A DNA stretch of 64,000 bases from Marsupella aquatica. Lineage: Eukaryota; Plantae; Marchantiophyta. Positions 1 through 12,101 of the stretch are shown piece after piece; position 1 is the stretch's first letter, and every line of letters begins with the position of its first letter. Below the pieces are notes generated by a model. It was not told where the DNA came from, made no database searches, and saw only the letters and a list, made by a program, of their open reading frames with translations. Where the stretch lies: contig OZ316895.1 in NCBI GenBank assembly GCA_973895155.1, positions 1,753,094 to 1,817,093 on the forward strand, written 5' to 3'. A program made the position numbers and the translations under genes.

Positions 1-300
1 TAGGCAATCCCTCATCTGTAACTTCACAAATCTATGATGAGTGCTTCGCATCAGAAATGCAGCTTAAATTTGAGCTAGCTAGGGTACTGCGCCAGACAAT
101 CTGCATAATTGCAAAGTCTGGAAAAATCTGCATGAGGCGGAAAGAACTCCTTGTCCAAGGTGTTACACTAGGGGTTACACTGCTATATCTAAAGGGCATC
201 GTAATTTTTCGATTGCCATGAAAGGGTGTCTCACACTTTCAAATCATTGGCTAGTAATGAAGTGGCATCTCTGCCTTTGAGCAGGCAGTCAATCAAACAG

Positions 301-3300
301 AAGACCTGACAAAGGAAATTACCAACCTTCAAGTACAGCTTGAGTCATGTGCTGCTGAAGAGCAGAGTCCGTCGATGTCTTTGGTACAAAGGCTGCAGGT
401 TCGATGATGTTCTGTCATTTGAGCGAGTGGGTTACTCGTTTTCTTCGGTTCATGCTGGTACTAACGACAATCATGCTGGAAGCCCTTCTCAAGAATGTTC
501 GATATATGTAAATCACAAACACTGGCTCATCAGTATCACTATCATGATTTGTCTCTAAGTACTGTGCTGTGTTATGGTCGCCAGATGGATGCTGCTGAGG
601 TTTCCAGAAAGAAGCTGGATTTGAACTCAAGCTCAGCCTTGCTGGTAGGCTATGTTATGATTCTACCAGTTTTTAATTAGTCTTCGGACTTTGGAAGCAT
701 CTGTCTGATAAAAGGAGCACATTTTATACAATACAACTCACTCATGAATTTTGAACTTACCAGTCTGAGTGGGTGGCTCTATTTCACTATAATTATGTTC
801 AGGTCAAAGAGGAGATACGCCAGGAAAATTTAAGCTGGCATTCTGTTTTGGTCACTCGTGCTGAAATGCACGATACTTACGAATATTCTCTTTAAGTTCA
901 TGATTTTAAGAACAGATGGATGTGCATGCGTGCAGGCCAGCAATTGGAATGCATGCACAAGTTCAAAATGCCAGGAATTCCAACAAGGCATTCTTACACA
1001 GCTGAAAATAGCAGACCCAGTACGAATCACTGTGAGTACAATCTGCAGACGGTGATGTCTTGAATTCAACTGTTTTGTTGCTGCACAAGGTCTGTAGATA
1101 GTACCATTTCCCCTCTTGTTGATCTGTTTGCAAATAATGCTGGTAGATTGTGAGTAAAATATATCCACCAGGTCCAAGGGTATGATTGTACTCTTATTTT
1201 GCCAGTCGAATACAACTTGCAATACGAATTTTCCTTACAAGGTTGGGTCATGCTCACAGTGCATACCGGACTGTAGGGTGCAATTGATGGCTTGCTCAAA
1301 GTAGTAGCTGCCGTGCCAAGAATGCAAAAGTTTATTGAACAAATCTGTGACGTTGTCTTCAATGATGGCGCAGTGATGCTTGCAAGGTGTGCATCACAGT
1401 GGGAAATTGCTTTTGTATAGCATGATCAGTGGACAATCGACTTAAAATCCTTCCAGTTCCACGAAAATCCAGGTTACTACCACTTACAGAGAACAGATGT
1501 TGAATTTGTAAGGTTGTCTACTTCTAAAGTGTACACATGTGTTTTCTGAAACGTCGCCAGGGACAACACTAGGGAAACGCAAGAAACCCCAGAAGCTGTG
1601 CCAGGCATCTTGAAGTCCTGGCTGGACAAACTGCAGGCCGTGGAAGAGCTTCAGCAGTTCAAGGTATATCGCGTTTCCTGCGCAATAAGGACGCCTCTAA
1701 ACTTATCTGACCCTATCTCACTAGACAAATAATAACCTTAGGCACTGTAGAGCTAGGAGAACTCCTGCAAACTTGTGTCTTTTCAATTAAGCAAGCAATT
1801 AGTGTTTAATAGCTATCATTTTATTTGGCGTAAATTCTTGTAAAAGACTGAAAGTTTTTACAAAAATCAAGACAAATTAGTCTCTTCTTAGCAGACAGAA
1901 ACGATTATAGTTTAGATCTAACACGCACACATTCACATTTTTATCTTTGGGGTCCGTCCACTTATTTGCGACGACTTGTACTTCAAGAATCGACCTGTGC
2001 CCTCCCATGTAACGTCGAAATGGTGTATTCTGGGAGCCGACAGAGCTAACCATTCTATCCGTTTGAAGGATTCTATTTCTGCTCAACTCTGGGAGCGTTT
2101 TGATGAGAAAGCAGCCAAGCATCCGATGAGTTCAAGGGTGGCTGCAGCATCTGTCAAGGATTTGATCGACATCGAGCGTCAATATTTACTCTCACAAGCA
2201 TCTTACCGGTTGACTCAAAATTTCTCCTGTACCCTGAAAGACGTCAACACAGCTCAGCTGAGCGTCCCCTAATTCTTCACCTTACGGCCTTTGGCTTTCC
2301 TAATGCACATTATCTTCCCACGGCAGTGGAGACTACACTTGATTGTTGAGTAATCCACTCGTCTCCTCTTAATAAGGCTTGACCAAGCGACTAGTCTGAG
2401 TTATTCCATAACCTTCCAGCTAGTGACAATTCCTAACTGGAATCAAAAGACTCACAAACAATTAATCGAGCTCTTGTGATCATCTTGCAGAGAGGGAGAG
2501 ATAGTGCTCAAAGCGGAACCGCAGAAGCTTCTGCACTGTATAATAAAGCACTTCCAAGTAATCTGACGTACTACTTGATAATTTGCCTATCTAAGAGCTG
2601 TGATGTTGTAGCCTGCTGCTTCTTCGCCTCTGCCAATTTAGAGCTGCTCATTGACTAAGCAACATAGAACATTTTTCTTCACGCGTTTCTTCAGTATGCC
2701 TTGATTGATTGATGCAAAATTTTCTAATCGAGGAACAGCCATGCTCGCCAGATAGACTTGACTGCTATATTGGAGAATTACATTTATAGTTCGAATTGCA
2801 ACTGTTTCTTCATGGACAAGTTTCTGATTTTAGTAGTGAGGACACATAGAGGCAGACTCCATGTGTTTCTTGCACTAGTGAGTATCATGATTGAGTGGGC
2901 TGTTAATGCCTGCTTTATTCTGCCTGATGATGCAGATGTTGTTTGAGATTCCACGCTTGGAAGGGGTGATGGCCGTTATGAACTCTGTGTACATTCAAAT
3001 TTCAGAGTATCACAACTTCGCACGTGCACTCTGCTCCATGTTGGGCTTGCCAAAAGATGCACGCCCCAACTCTATCGTCTCAACTATTACTTCCCTTTTG
3101 AATAAGGTCTTGAATCTACTCTTGCTTCCTGGAAAGCGTTTCAAATAAATTCACACCAAGTATGCAAGTCAGGGTTCAGATGTAGTTAATAATAATTAGA
3201 ATGTCAATTGCTTCCTTTACGAGACATTATTCTCAGTAATGAGGTCCGGATTTCGCCGAAGGCATCGATATCTCTTGATTCGAAATACGCTTGTACTGTT

Positions 3301-3421
3301 GACTTGGCGTTATGCCCAGAACCGAGGTACAGGATACTAGGTGGTACCAGAAGAGGAAATCCTCAATAACCCATTTTGCTAACTAAATTTCAGTTTTGAC
3401 TCCACAGGGCTGAATGCTTAG
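301..3421 (+). CDS. CEP70: 3' portion of a spliced CEP70/CRC70-like centriolar coiled-coil protein gene; the 5' end probably lies outside the window
   Basis: GT-AG exons at about 1277-1386, 1561-1663, ~2070-2208, 2491-2557 and 2936-3106 splice in frame to ...LLKVVAAVPRMQKFIEQICDVVF...AASVKDLIDIERQY...LLHCIIKHFQ|MLFEIPRLEGVMAVMNSVYIQISEYHNFARALCSMLGL. This resembles the recalled CEP70 C-terminal motif [27 protein letters not shown]. Upstream exons (about 301-382, 585-644, 941-1031) and the terminal exons are less certain. Confidence 0.65.
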
Positions 3422-3758
3422 AAAAAGTCCCCTGGACGAAGGTACTCGAAGATGGTGGAGACTTTTCCACTAGTTTGCTGTCACGTTGGCAATGCATGCA
3501 GTTTAAAGAAGCCAGAGGCTTACACTGAACGTGGCACAATTAGAATCAGGTGGGACCAATGATTTAATTGTGAGTTCCGTTGGATATATGCTTACTACTA
3601 GCCAGTGCAGTCTACATTCCGTCAACCACGGTTGGCAAGAGCTGCTCCATTCCTGTAAGAGAGGACTGTTTGTTTAATAAAATCTAGACTGCCTACAACT
3701 TTCCGCCTGAAATACTGATTTCTGCTTTCACAAGACAAGATTAAGGCAGTGCACGCTT

Positions 3759-3891
3759 TCGGCAAACATGCATTTTCTAAGCCCACGTAAATGAAATGGA
3801 TGAGTGGTCATCAGTTTCCCTTATCTATCGGCAAACACGCATTTTCTAAGCCCACGTAAATGAAACGGATGAGTGGTCATCAGTTTCCCTT
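3759..3891. repeat. Two-copy tandem duplication, period about 69 bp
   Basis: tcggcaaaca(t/c)gcattttctaagcccacgtaaatgaaa(t/c)ggatgagtggtcatcagtttccctt occurs at 3759 and 3828. Confidence 0.9.
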
Positions 3892-4124
3892 GTCACACTT
3901 CATCTTCCTCCCAAGAAATGAGTAGACACCCAAACGAGCGTGGAGACTAACAATATCGACACCCGGAGCTGCACCTAGAGAATGTTAATCAAGTTCGGAG
4001 TACAGGGAAAAGCTGCTGCTAGAAAATGACCACAGGATACATCCAGATAAAGAATGCGACGACGTCAGGAGACAATATGAGCCGGTGCGTTGAATTTATG
4101 CCTACAATGAGAAATTTTCCAAAC

Positions 4125-5699
4125 TTAACCATCGTCCATCTCATGATCCTCTCCATACTCTGAACCAGCTATGCTACTATCATGGTCTATTCTGAGATCC
4201 GCAAGTAGCTCGTCCAAAGGCACTGTCGGTACATCGTCTCCTCCATCAGTCATAGACATGATATCAGACTGACGCTCCTGGTAATTAGGATCCCTGTAAA
4301 GCGCAATCTTCGACCTCATCTCAGGGTCCTCCTCCAGCTCCTGCAAAAATCTCTCGTACTCAGCAGCCCTCTTAGTTTCGTCTTGTCTATTATTGACGGC
4401 TTCTCCCATCTCCATGTCCAAAGTCTTCAGCTTCCAGGGTCTGGGCTTGCCTCTCTTCTTCAGTCTCCTTTCTTCATAACTCTTCTTTACGAGGACAACT
4501 TCCGGTAATTCGAGATCCTTGTGCTTGCTGAGCTCAAACTCGCTGGTATTTGCAGCAAATAAATCATACCCGAGGGCGTGGTCGCCAGGATTCAAGAGGT
4601 GGCCAAGGTGGGTTTTCACAGTGAATATGGTATCGTTCTTTCCAAAATCCGCAACACGAGCTACTTGAACTTCGGCAAGTGCAAACCTGTTCCCACCGAT
4701 GCTTACTACAGGCTCACTTTCTACATCTAGAACAATGTACTCCACCAACTGCTTGTGCGATAACAGAGCTCGGTAGGGCACCCTCCAGTACTGGTTAGAG
4801 TCTACAAACGCATATCTAAGCGTTTGAGGGTCTAGTAAAAGGAGGTTGTTCGACACACGAAGACAGAGCACCAGTGGCCCAATATTGCCTAGAGCTGCTG
4901 CTGTCTTAGGGGGTAAGCAGACGAGATCATCTTTACAAATTGGGCAAATCTCCACCGAGAAAGTAAATTTGTAGTTATAAGTGTTGCTATGAGTGTCATG
5001 CGACACCAACTGCTTGTCATTCCGACTTTTCATAGGAACAACGTTACTTACAAAGTCCACGAATTTTAGCGCATGGCTTCTATTCGAGTAGTAAAAATCA
5101 ATGCCATCATGCACCTGCTTGATGTTAATGGTCTGCGCGGCGGCACCATGTTTAATAATAAGCTGTTCCAGAAAGAAGAACGTTCTCTTGTGATCGACTT
5201 TCTGCCGCAATTGCACTTTGGCGATCCACTGGTCAGGGTTGGCGGCAGTCCGAGTGCACTTGTCACACATGTGGTCCTCTACAACGTATTCCACCATGTA
5301 AGATTGCTCTAAGATTGCTCCATTAACCACTTCCTTCTGAATTTTGAGCTTCACCTTCAACCTTTTAGAATGAGGCTCTGTCCAGATAAAAGCTGCATCA
5401 ACGAGCCTGACTTTATTCAGATTCTTCAGCCTTTTAATGCAGAAAGTGAGGAGCTCCTTTGACTCCAGCTGCGCCTTCACCCACGTCCGTGGAGGTTGCA
5501 AGTACCTCTCGCACTCGGGGCAGAAAAGAATTGACACATGCTTCTGTAATCCCTCCGTGATGTCAACTTGTGATCGCAAGCACGCAACGCACATATTCGC
5601 GGCATTCGGGGCCATGGATACTCCACACAAGCAACATAGCACGCGCCCAGCAGTGTGCTGGACCGTAAACATATCCGCCACCACCATCCCGCCCGCCAT
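4125..5699 (-). CDS. NMD3: 60S ribosomal subunit export adaptor NMD3
   Basis: 524-aa uninterrupted ORF with N-terminal Cys pairs (CCLCG...CVAC, CPEC, CDKC), motifs DAAFIWTEPHSKRLKVK, VQLRQKVDHKRTFFFLEQL and YERFLQELEEDPEMR, and a C-terminal NES-like LDELLADLRI. Confidence 0.97.
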   Translation of the reverse strand: MAGGMVVADMFTVQHTAGRVLCCLCGVSMAPNAANMCVACLRSQVDITEGLQKHVSILFCPECERYLQPPRTWVKAQLESKELLTFCIKRLKNLNKVRLVDAAFIWTEPHSKRLKVKLKIQKEVVNGAILEQSYMVEYVVEDHMCDKCTRTAANPDQWIAKVQLRQKVDHKRTFFFLEQLIIKHGAAAQTINIKQVHDGIDFYYSNRSHALKFVDFVSNVVPMKSRNDKQLVSHDTHSNTYNYKFTFSVEICPICKDDLVCLPPKTAAALGNIGPLVLCLRVSNNLLLLDPQTLRYAFVDSNQYWRVPYRALLSHKQLVEYIVLDVESEPVVSIGGNRFALAEVQVARVADFGKNDTIFTVKTHLGHLLNPGDHALGYDLFAANTSEFELSKHKDLELPEVVLVKKSYEERRLKKRGKPRPWKLKTLDMEMGEAVNNRQDETKRAAEYERFLQELEEDPEMRSKIALYRDPNYQERQSDIMSMTDGGDDVPTVPLDELLADLRIDHDSSIAGSEYGEDHEMDDG

Positions 5700-5748
5700 G
5701 GCGACTGCGGTCGCCGCTGGATGAGGCGATCAAACCCAATATAATGTC

Positions 5749-6260
5749 TGCAAGGATATCCCAAGTATCAGCAACTAGTCCTCCAAAAGTTACTCGTCAG
5801 ATTTCTAGCGAATTCCTGAACAGGGGATGAATAGCTTGCAAGCTAGCTAAAACCCTAAAAATGCGAGGCAGGTCTCCTATTCTCGTTCTAAATTATTCTT
5901 CCTTCCTCAGCTATTCCGTTTCAGTTGATCGAGAATCTCTTCCGTCGTCGATGGCTCCCCAAGCTGCCAAATTCTTGGGCAGCTCTCCAAGCCCACACCC
6001 AATGATTTTAGCAGTACAGACGACTGACAATTGCAAAAGGACAAACCTTCTCGTCCTGCCGCAACCAATTCCTCGACCAGATATCCGCAAAATGCTCACC
6101 GGTTTCAATTCAATTTGCCTCTGCTTCCTCCTTGTGCATCTATGCGCCTCTGGGTCGATTCGACTAAACTTTCTCTTGAAAGACTCGTAGGTGAGGACCA
6201 ACACCCTAATGTCTACAGTGTCTGCAAACGGAGGCGCGCAGCGCAGACCTTTATATACTC
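5749..6260 (-). promoter_or_regulatory. NMD3 promoter/leader: TATA box, probable 5'-UTR intron and telo-box
   Basis: Minus-strand TATATAAAG at about 6250-6258, donor GTGAGC at about 6099, acceptor CTTGCAG at about 5749. AAACCCTAA telo-box at about 5850-5858, a motif typical of plant ribosome-biogenesis genes. Confidence 0.5.
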
Positions 6261-6444
6261 GAATGGAGAAGGGACGCAACTTCGCTACGGGCTCTCCTAG
6301 AACGGATTATCTCCTCCCCAAAAACCGTGTGTTATTTAGAACGGAAGTTTACATGGAATGTTCGTTTCGGTGTGAGGCAATCGAGAAGCGCGGATGAGGA
6401 GGAACGCGAAGCAGGGACCGAAGGATCAATTGATGACGCTCCCA

Positions 6445-6713
6445 TCTAACCCCATGGACCTTGACACCGTTGACAAGTTCACTCATTGACACCCTTATAA
6501 GAGCGTTCCCACCAGTCGCACTTCACATGCAATATTCAGCCTAACCCGATGCACCTTGACACCTTTGACAACTTCGCTCATTGACACCCTCAATACATTC
6601 CCATCAGTCGCGCGGCATTTTACATGCAAAATTCAGCCTAACCCCATGGACCTTGACACCTTTTACACCTTCACTGGCATTCAGTCGCCGCATTTTACAT
6701 GCGATATTCAGCC
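6445..6713. repeat. Degenerate tandem repeat, about 100 bp x 3
   Basis: ctaacc(c)catggaccttgacacc...cagtcgc...ttacatgc...attcagcc recurs at about 6446, 6540 and 6637. Confidence 0.8.
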
Positions 6714-8739
6714 TTCTAGTGCAGAAAGTAGTGTGCATACAGTAGTGTGAGAGTGAAAGTTTAGGGTCAGGCTAAATACACCGCAGTAGACGTCCTGACC
6801 GTGGTTCCGAAAAGGGTACCACAATCCAATTGCAGTCCCATGGAGGGTTTTGCGCAAACACAGGCCCGATTGCTTTCGAATGTGATTGGAGTCAAGCACT
6901 ACTCCAGACTCCATAGCTCCAACTTCTCGTGTCAACAGCAGAACAATTGGTTCAAGCAGGCAAGGTTGTGAAATTTTGTGGGTGGTAAGCTCAGCAGCAC
7001 GAGCCCATTGCCACCGGGAGAAACACATTGAGTCCTGCTGGGGAGGAAAACGAGTTGTCTTCTTCCCTTTGCGCTAAAAAGCTTATTTGACGGTTGCCTA
7101 CCATGGCCGGTGGGAATGCTCTGATGGTTTTCAAAACTTTTTGAACTAGCAAGGTTTGACTTTACTGGACCTATCCGCAAAGAGACATGACTATTTAAAT
7201 GCAAGTTTTACCAGGAAATTTCAGAATCGACCTATCTGCAGTTTTGGTTCACCAGGCATGACTAGTGACTCTTTTTTGACAAAAGCAACACGAAAGTAAA
7301 GATTGGCATGAAAACGTTGATGTAACCAAATCTGTGTAAAAGCGTTTTGCAAAACAAGCACCAACACATACAAAACTCATGAATTTACGGCTAGGTCTAA
7401 TATCTCCATGGATTAGATGAATTGGCTCTTCTTAGGCTCAGTATATCTCCAGGTTAGTCTAATATCTCTAGTTATCATTAAAGCATTGATAAAGTTATGA
7501 ATTTCTAACGATTATTTGATCACACAGTGTCCACGCTTTGTGCTTCCAAAAGTCTTTGCACAACTAACTTTGTCATTTAGTTTCGCTCTTTATCGAATGG
7601 AATCCAAGTCTGTGATTTTGAATGCAGTGATCTGTGAATTTGATGTACTAAACTTTCTGCAATGATGGCTCCTGCAGTTCACTTGAATGTCGTCTTCAGC
7701 CTGCTCTACAGGAAGCATAATTATCCTAAGCATGATTTCGGTGATTGGGCGTGAATTGTGCTGGCTGATTTCTTATGACAAGAAATGCATTTCTCCTCGA
7801 AACCTACCGAGTCGGGTTGTGGCCTGAAGTTTTTGTAGTGCAAGAATTTTTTTTTAACTGTGAAATGCTTTCCGGGGTTCTCTTTGGAATCAACCGCGGA
7901 GAGCCTTTGCCCAAGAGGCTTTGGAAAATATTATCTCCCGATGGCCAACACTGCAATTGTTTTCGCCACAGACCATGCAGTCATCTGATATTCGTAAAGG
8001 ATAGCAAGGGGCAAATTCGTCGCCACGAATTTGATAGTATGGTCAAGAACCTCGGAATCAACACCTTACATTGTCCAGGTCCGTAATATGAATTATTCAA
8101 AGCTCCATGCCCAAAGACTTGACATAGTACATGTAGGTCACAACTCTGAACAACAGCAGTTACTCGTAGCTTTTAACATTTGTAGTTGGACTTGGTACTT
8201 GTTCCACTTGATTTGATAAGTGGGTTCGTACTGATGCTTTGAAGCGTGAAACATAGTGAATTAGAGACTTTGCAAGGAAAGGATCACCTGTGCTGTCTTC
8301 AAGAATTTGATGAGCTGTGGCATAGGGGAACAGTATCTACCTCAAATGCTCTTCTCCTCTATATTTGTTTGTCCTTCCAGCACATACGTATTGATTATCA
8401 ATTGGCCCTTAAATAAATCCGATGTTCGTTCGATTGTGTGCAACATGCTTGTGAGCACGTTTTCTGCTTGCTCTGTGCTAAGAAGGATAGAAACTTCTAA
8501 CTGTAAGTTGTCTCCATATCGCTGTTCAAAGGTGTATGACAAGAAAGTGTCTTCCGAGTTTAGGAATGAGACTGAAGGGACACTGAAATACGTAACGTAT
8601 GTCGATGTGAGCCACGGTGGTCAAAGTTTGAGATATGGATTGTTTGAACTGAAAGATTCGAGTTAGAGAGAGTGTGGTCTGGAGAAAGAGTGTGTCTCTA
8701 TTACCTTCAAGGGAAGGACTTTCCAGTATTCCTATCCAT

Positions 8740-9750
8740 CGATAGGCTGATCCTTTGTTATCATAAGCCTATCGATGGTCTTCCAGTAAGCTTCAACTCG
8801 ATGGAGGAGTCATTACCTCCACCTTCTCCATCGATATTCTGTTGCCAGGCGAATTCAGCACCTCCCGCTCCTTCACCAGGTCCTGAAAACGCAAGTTAAG
8901 CTTCGGGTGTCGGGTCCCGTAAGAGCCGCCTTCTAAACGGAAAAAGCCAGAGCTTCAACCTGGTGTCACAACACCGGGAGAGCGAGAGAAGGAGGGAGCC
9001 AAAAGCAAGGACAGAAAGACAGAGCATTGGCAAATGGATAGAGACCAGTAGTTGAGGGAACCCTCCCAAAGAGATAGAGATAGGAACAGGGAGCCAGATA
9101 AAGAAAGAGACCGGGAGAAGGACTTTCAAACACAGTCTAGTAGAGACAGAGACAGCTAATTGTGGGAGCAACAGCAACAACGGCAGCATGTCCAGCAACA
9201 ACATCTCCAGCATGAAGGCAATGCTCATTACCCACTCCCCCAGGCTCCGCCCAACCAGCAGGAGGCACTCCTGGCCCTTATCCACCCCAACCTTTGACTC
9301 CCTTTCACCACCACCAGCAAGATAATCGAAATGCTGCACTTATGACTCGTCCGCCACACTCATTTTCTTGACCCTCGCATGGCAGTTCTCCTGATTACCA
9401 AGAAAACAATGCAGGAGGTCGTCATCCACAACAAGAGGGTGACAGTGCAAAAAACTTGCCTCATTAACAGCAAGAAGGTTATGGTCCAGTCATGGACAGA
9501 CAGGGGCTCATGGTTGCACATCTTCGTGGAGAATTTGCGGCCCCACCTATGGGCAGGATGACGGGGCCAGGGTATGTAGGGAATGAATAGATTCCAGGAT
9601 GGGCGGTCATGGTGATGGTCCCTTGCCTCCACCACCCAAGCGGAGCCCTGGGGAGAATCTGGAAATGGTCCATCCTCAAGACATGTTTGGGTGGGGGCGA
9701 GGGTCCTGGCCATCCACAATTCATGAAGTGGCAACCACCACAATGACCTT
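8740..9750 (+). pseudogene. Decayed coding fragment of an RD/RE- and Q-rich low-complexity protein (gene or TE origin unresolved)
   Basis: One frame reads MDRDQ*LREPSQRDRDRNREPDKERDREKDFQTQSSRDRDS*LWEQQQQRQHVQQQHLQHE. The TAG/TAA stops sit where CAG/CAA would fit. Confidence 0.35.
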
Positions 9751-11704
9751 GTAAAGTTTGCACTTCTCAGCTTGTACTGAATGTGAAAAATGCCTTCCAT
9801 CCGAAGTTTTCTATTTTTCTTTCCTTTTTTTATTTCATTTAGTCAGAGTGAGCTCGTATCTTCGTATCAATCTCTCCTTGATCATTGCAAGAGAAGAGTC
9901 GGTCTTCAAATAATGGGGCTTGGACTCACGTTCAATTTTGAATTATGCTCTGGACTTGTTTTGAATGTAAAGCTTGGTGCCCAGCTGCATGATAAATATT
10001 CTGCCCTATGGGTGACTAAAATTACATTAACTTTAACATTACACGGATTCCTGACAATTTTTCGGCTGTTGAAAACTAAGAAGGCAGATTCCTTGTAGGA
10101 ATTTAAGAGCTTGTAGCTCTAGTACAACACAGATCCCAAATGCATAGAAAGGTCACATCATCTCACTTGAAATTCGCTTGTTCCTGTATGCAAATTGGTC
10201 AGTGAATGAATCTAGTCGTCAAACGGAAGCACGATTGTCAATCTATACAAACAGGGACAGTTCGGTTTCAAATTTGACAACTACCATAAAGGGCAAGTGT
10301 AAGAGCACTAGAAAGGCTGTCAGCCCCAGCTCCATAATGTTTGAGCAATACAAGACATGTCCAGACACAAGACAGTGTTCCCGTTCATGCGGCACTGTCC
10401 CCTTATACTCAGCACCTATTCTTTTCTAAACAAACGTATTCGGCATCCATCTGACTCTCTTACTATGAACATCCAGCTCCCGTCAATGATCTCCTGTGGT
10501 GAATTCTGATCAATCCTATTGTAGGACTACACTGTGTGTATGCGGCGAAGAGAATGCTAGTGTAAAGGATTCAGCAGAGACAATGGGAATGGAATCTTAC
10601 GGGAAACGATTACAGGGTAAACGAAATTTTTCTGTTGGCTTCCCGAACCAATTAGATGAAGGCTTTGTTTTTGATTGACGACCTGGAACGTTACCACCGC
10701 GTCACCACATCATCTCTGAATATTATATTGTTTTGGGTCTTACTATATTTTATTGCATCCATAGCCCGAGAGTGTGCTATACCTACGACCGCAATTCGGG
10801 ACCTAGTCATGAGAGTTTATAGATCCCGCCTAGTGTGTCTATTTGAATGTGGTCCATCTTGAACCATGAATAGAATCAATTAAAATCATGCCTGTAAGAC
10901 ATCGGTTGGTAGCAAAGTAGATCTAAGCTGGAACTTACAATTGCATCTGGCCACGTAATCTGCTTGGAAGGTTAAGGTAGGCAACTTTCCCGCCACAGCA
11001 CCCTAGTAGATGAACAGAGTCTTGACTCCATATTGAGCAATCAAAGACCTTGGACTTGTACTGAATCCTACCACATGTGATGATATTGAAGCTCCAAGAC
11101 AACCTATTAATTGGGGCCACTAATCTTGACGCTCGTCGATCCAGTAGAGGAGATGAAGAGTGTCGCCTCACCTGTAACGTAACAAGCTGGCATGATTGTG
11201 AGATTCCCACAATGCCACAACAACCGCCCCACTAGGCATTGGACCACTTTATTAAGGTATTGCACTGTTTCATAAAAATCTAGTCCTTGTCTTCTTATAG
11301 CCTTGGGTCACATTAGACTTCCACATTGGATGACAAAGCACTTAAATGCTGACACAATCGTTACCCTTTACTTCTTTACCTTAAACTTTACATCAGCAAA
11401 TTACCACCCTAATGTGTATCTAGAATTAGCATGCTCATCCTTGAACATGCTTGATTTTTTGTCTTGTAGGGATCTGTGATTCTACAGAACAAACAACAAA
11501 GGATGTGCAAGAACGAAAACGGTGCGCACGACAAGAGCTAGGAAAAGCAGGAATTCTGTATTCTGCAGATGAACTGCATAACTCCACAAAGGGGAAAGAT
11601 AAAGGCCACGAACAGCCCTGCGACCTGGAGACACACAGCCAGGTCGCAGGGGACACACAGCCAGGGCGCGGCAGAGATTCAAACCAAACAAGGCGCGTTG
11701 CCCT

Positions 11705-12087
11705 TGTAGAGGTTAACTCAGTCTTGGGTTGAACTATGGTTAGGATGTTAACTCTAACCTTTGTAGAGGTTAACTCAGTCTTGGGTTGAACTATGGTTAG
11801 GATGTTAACTAGGGTTAGAGTAAACCCTAGTTGAAGAGATTGATCCTTATCTCTTCAACTTGTATGTGGTGTGAGAACACACACAAGAGAGTTCTCAAGA
11901 GAGAACACAGGGATATAGCAAGAGATGAGAGCTTGAAGAGATGAGAGCTATGGTGATGCTTGAGTACACACATAACCGCTAATAAAGCTTGGTCTTCCCG
12001 TGGACGTAGCCAACCTTGAGGCGAACCACGTAACTATTGAGCACGTGTATGTTTGGAGTGTTCTTCCTGATCTGATTTCTCCCCACA
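11705..12087 (+). repeat. 5' LTR with an internal 57-bp-period tandem duplication
   Basis: tgtagaggttaactcagtcttgggttgaactatggttaggatgttaact occurs at 11705 and 11762. The LTR contains AATAAA and ends in CA. Confidence 0.97.
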
Positions 12088-12089
12088 AT

Positions 12090-12101
12090 TGGTATCAGAG
12101 C
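12090..12101 (+). other. Primer binding site complementary to the initiator tRNA-Met 3' end
   Basis: TGGTATCAGAGC begins 2 nt after the 5' LTR. Confidence 0.95.

Noticed and set aside
5861-6397. Several 70-120 aa ORFs upstream of NMD3
   Set aside because: They overlap the NMD3 promoter, leader and intron, and have no recognisable motifs.
11811-11830. AGGGTTAG / AAACCCTAG as interstitial telomere
   Set aside because: Single units within the LTR hairpin, not an array.
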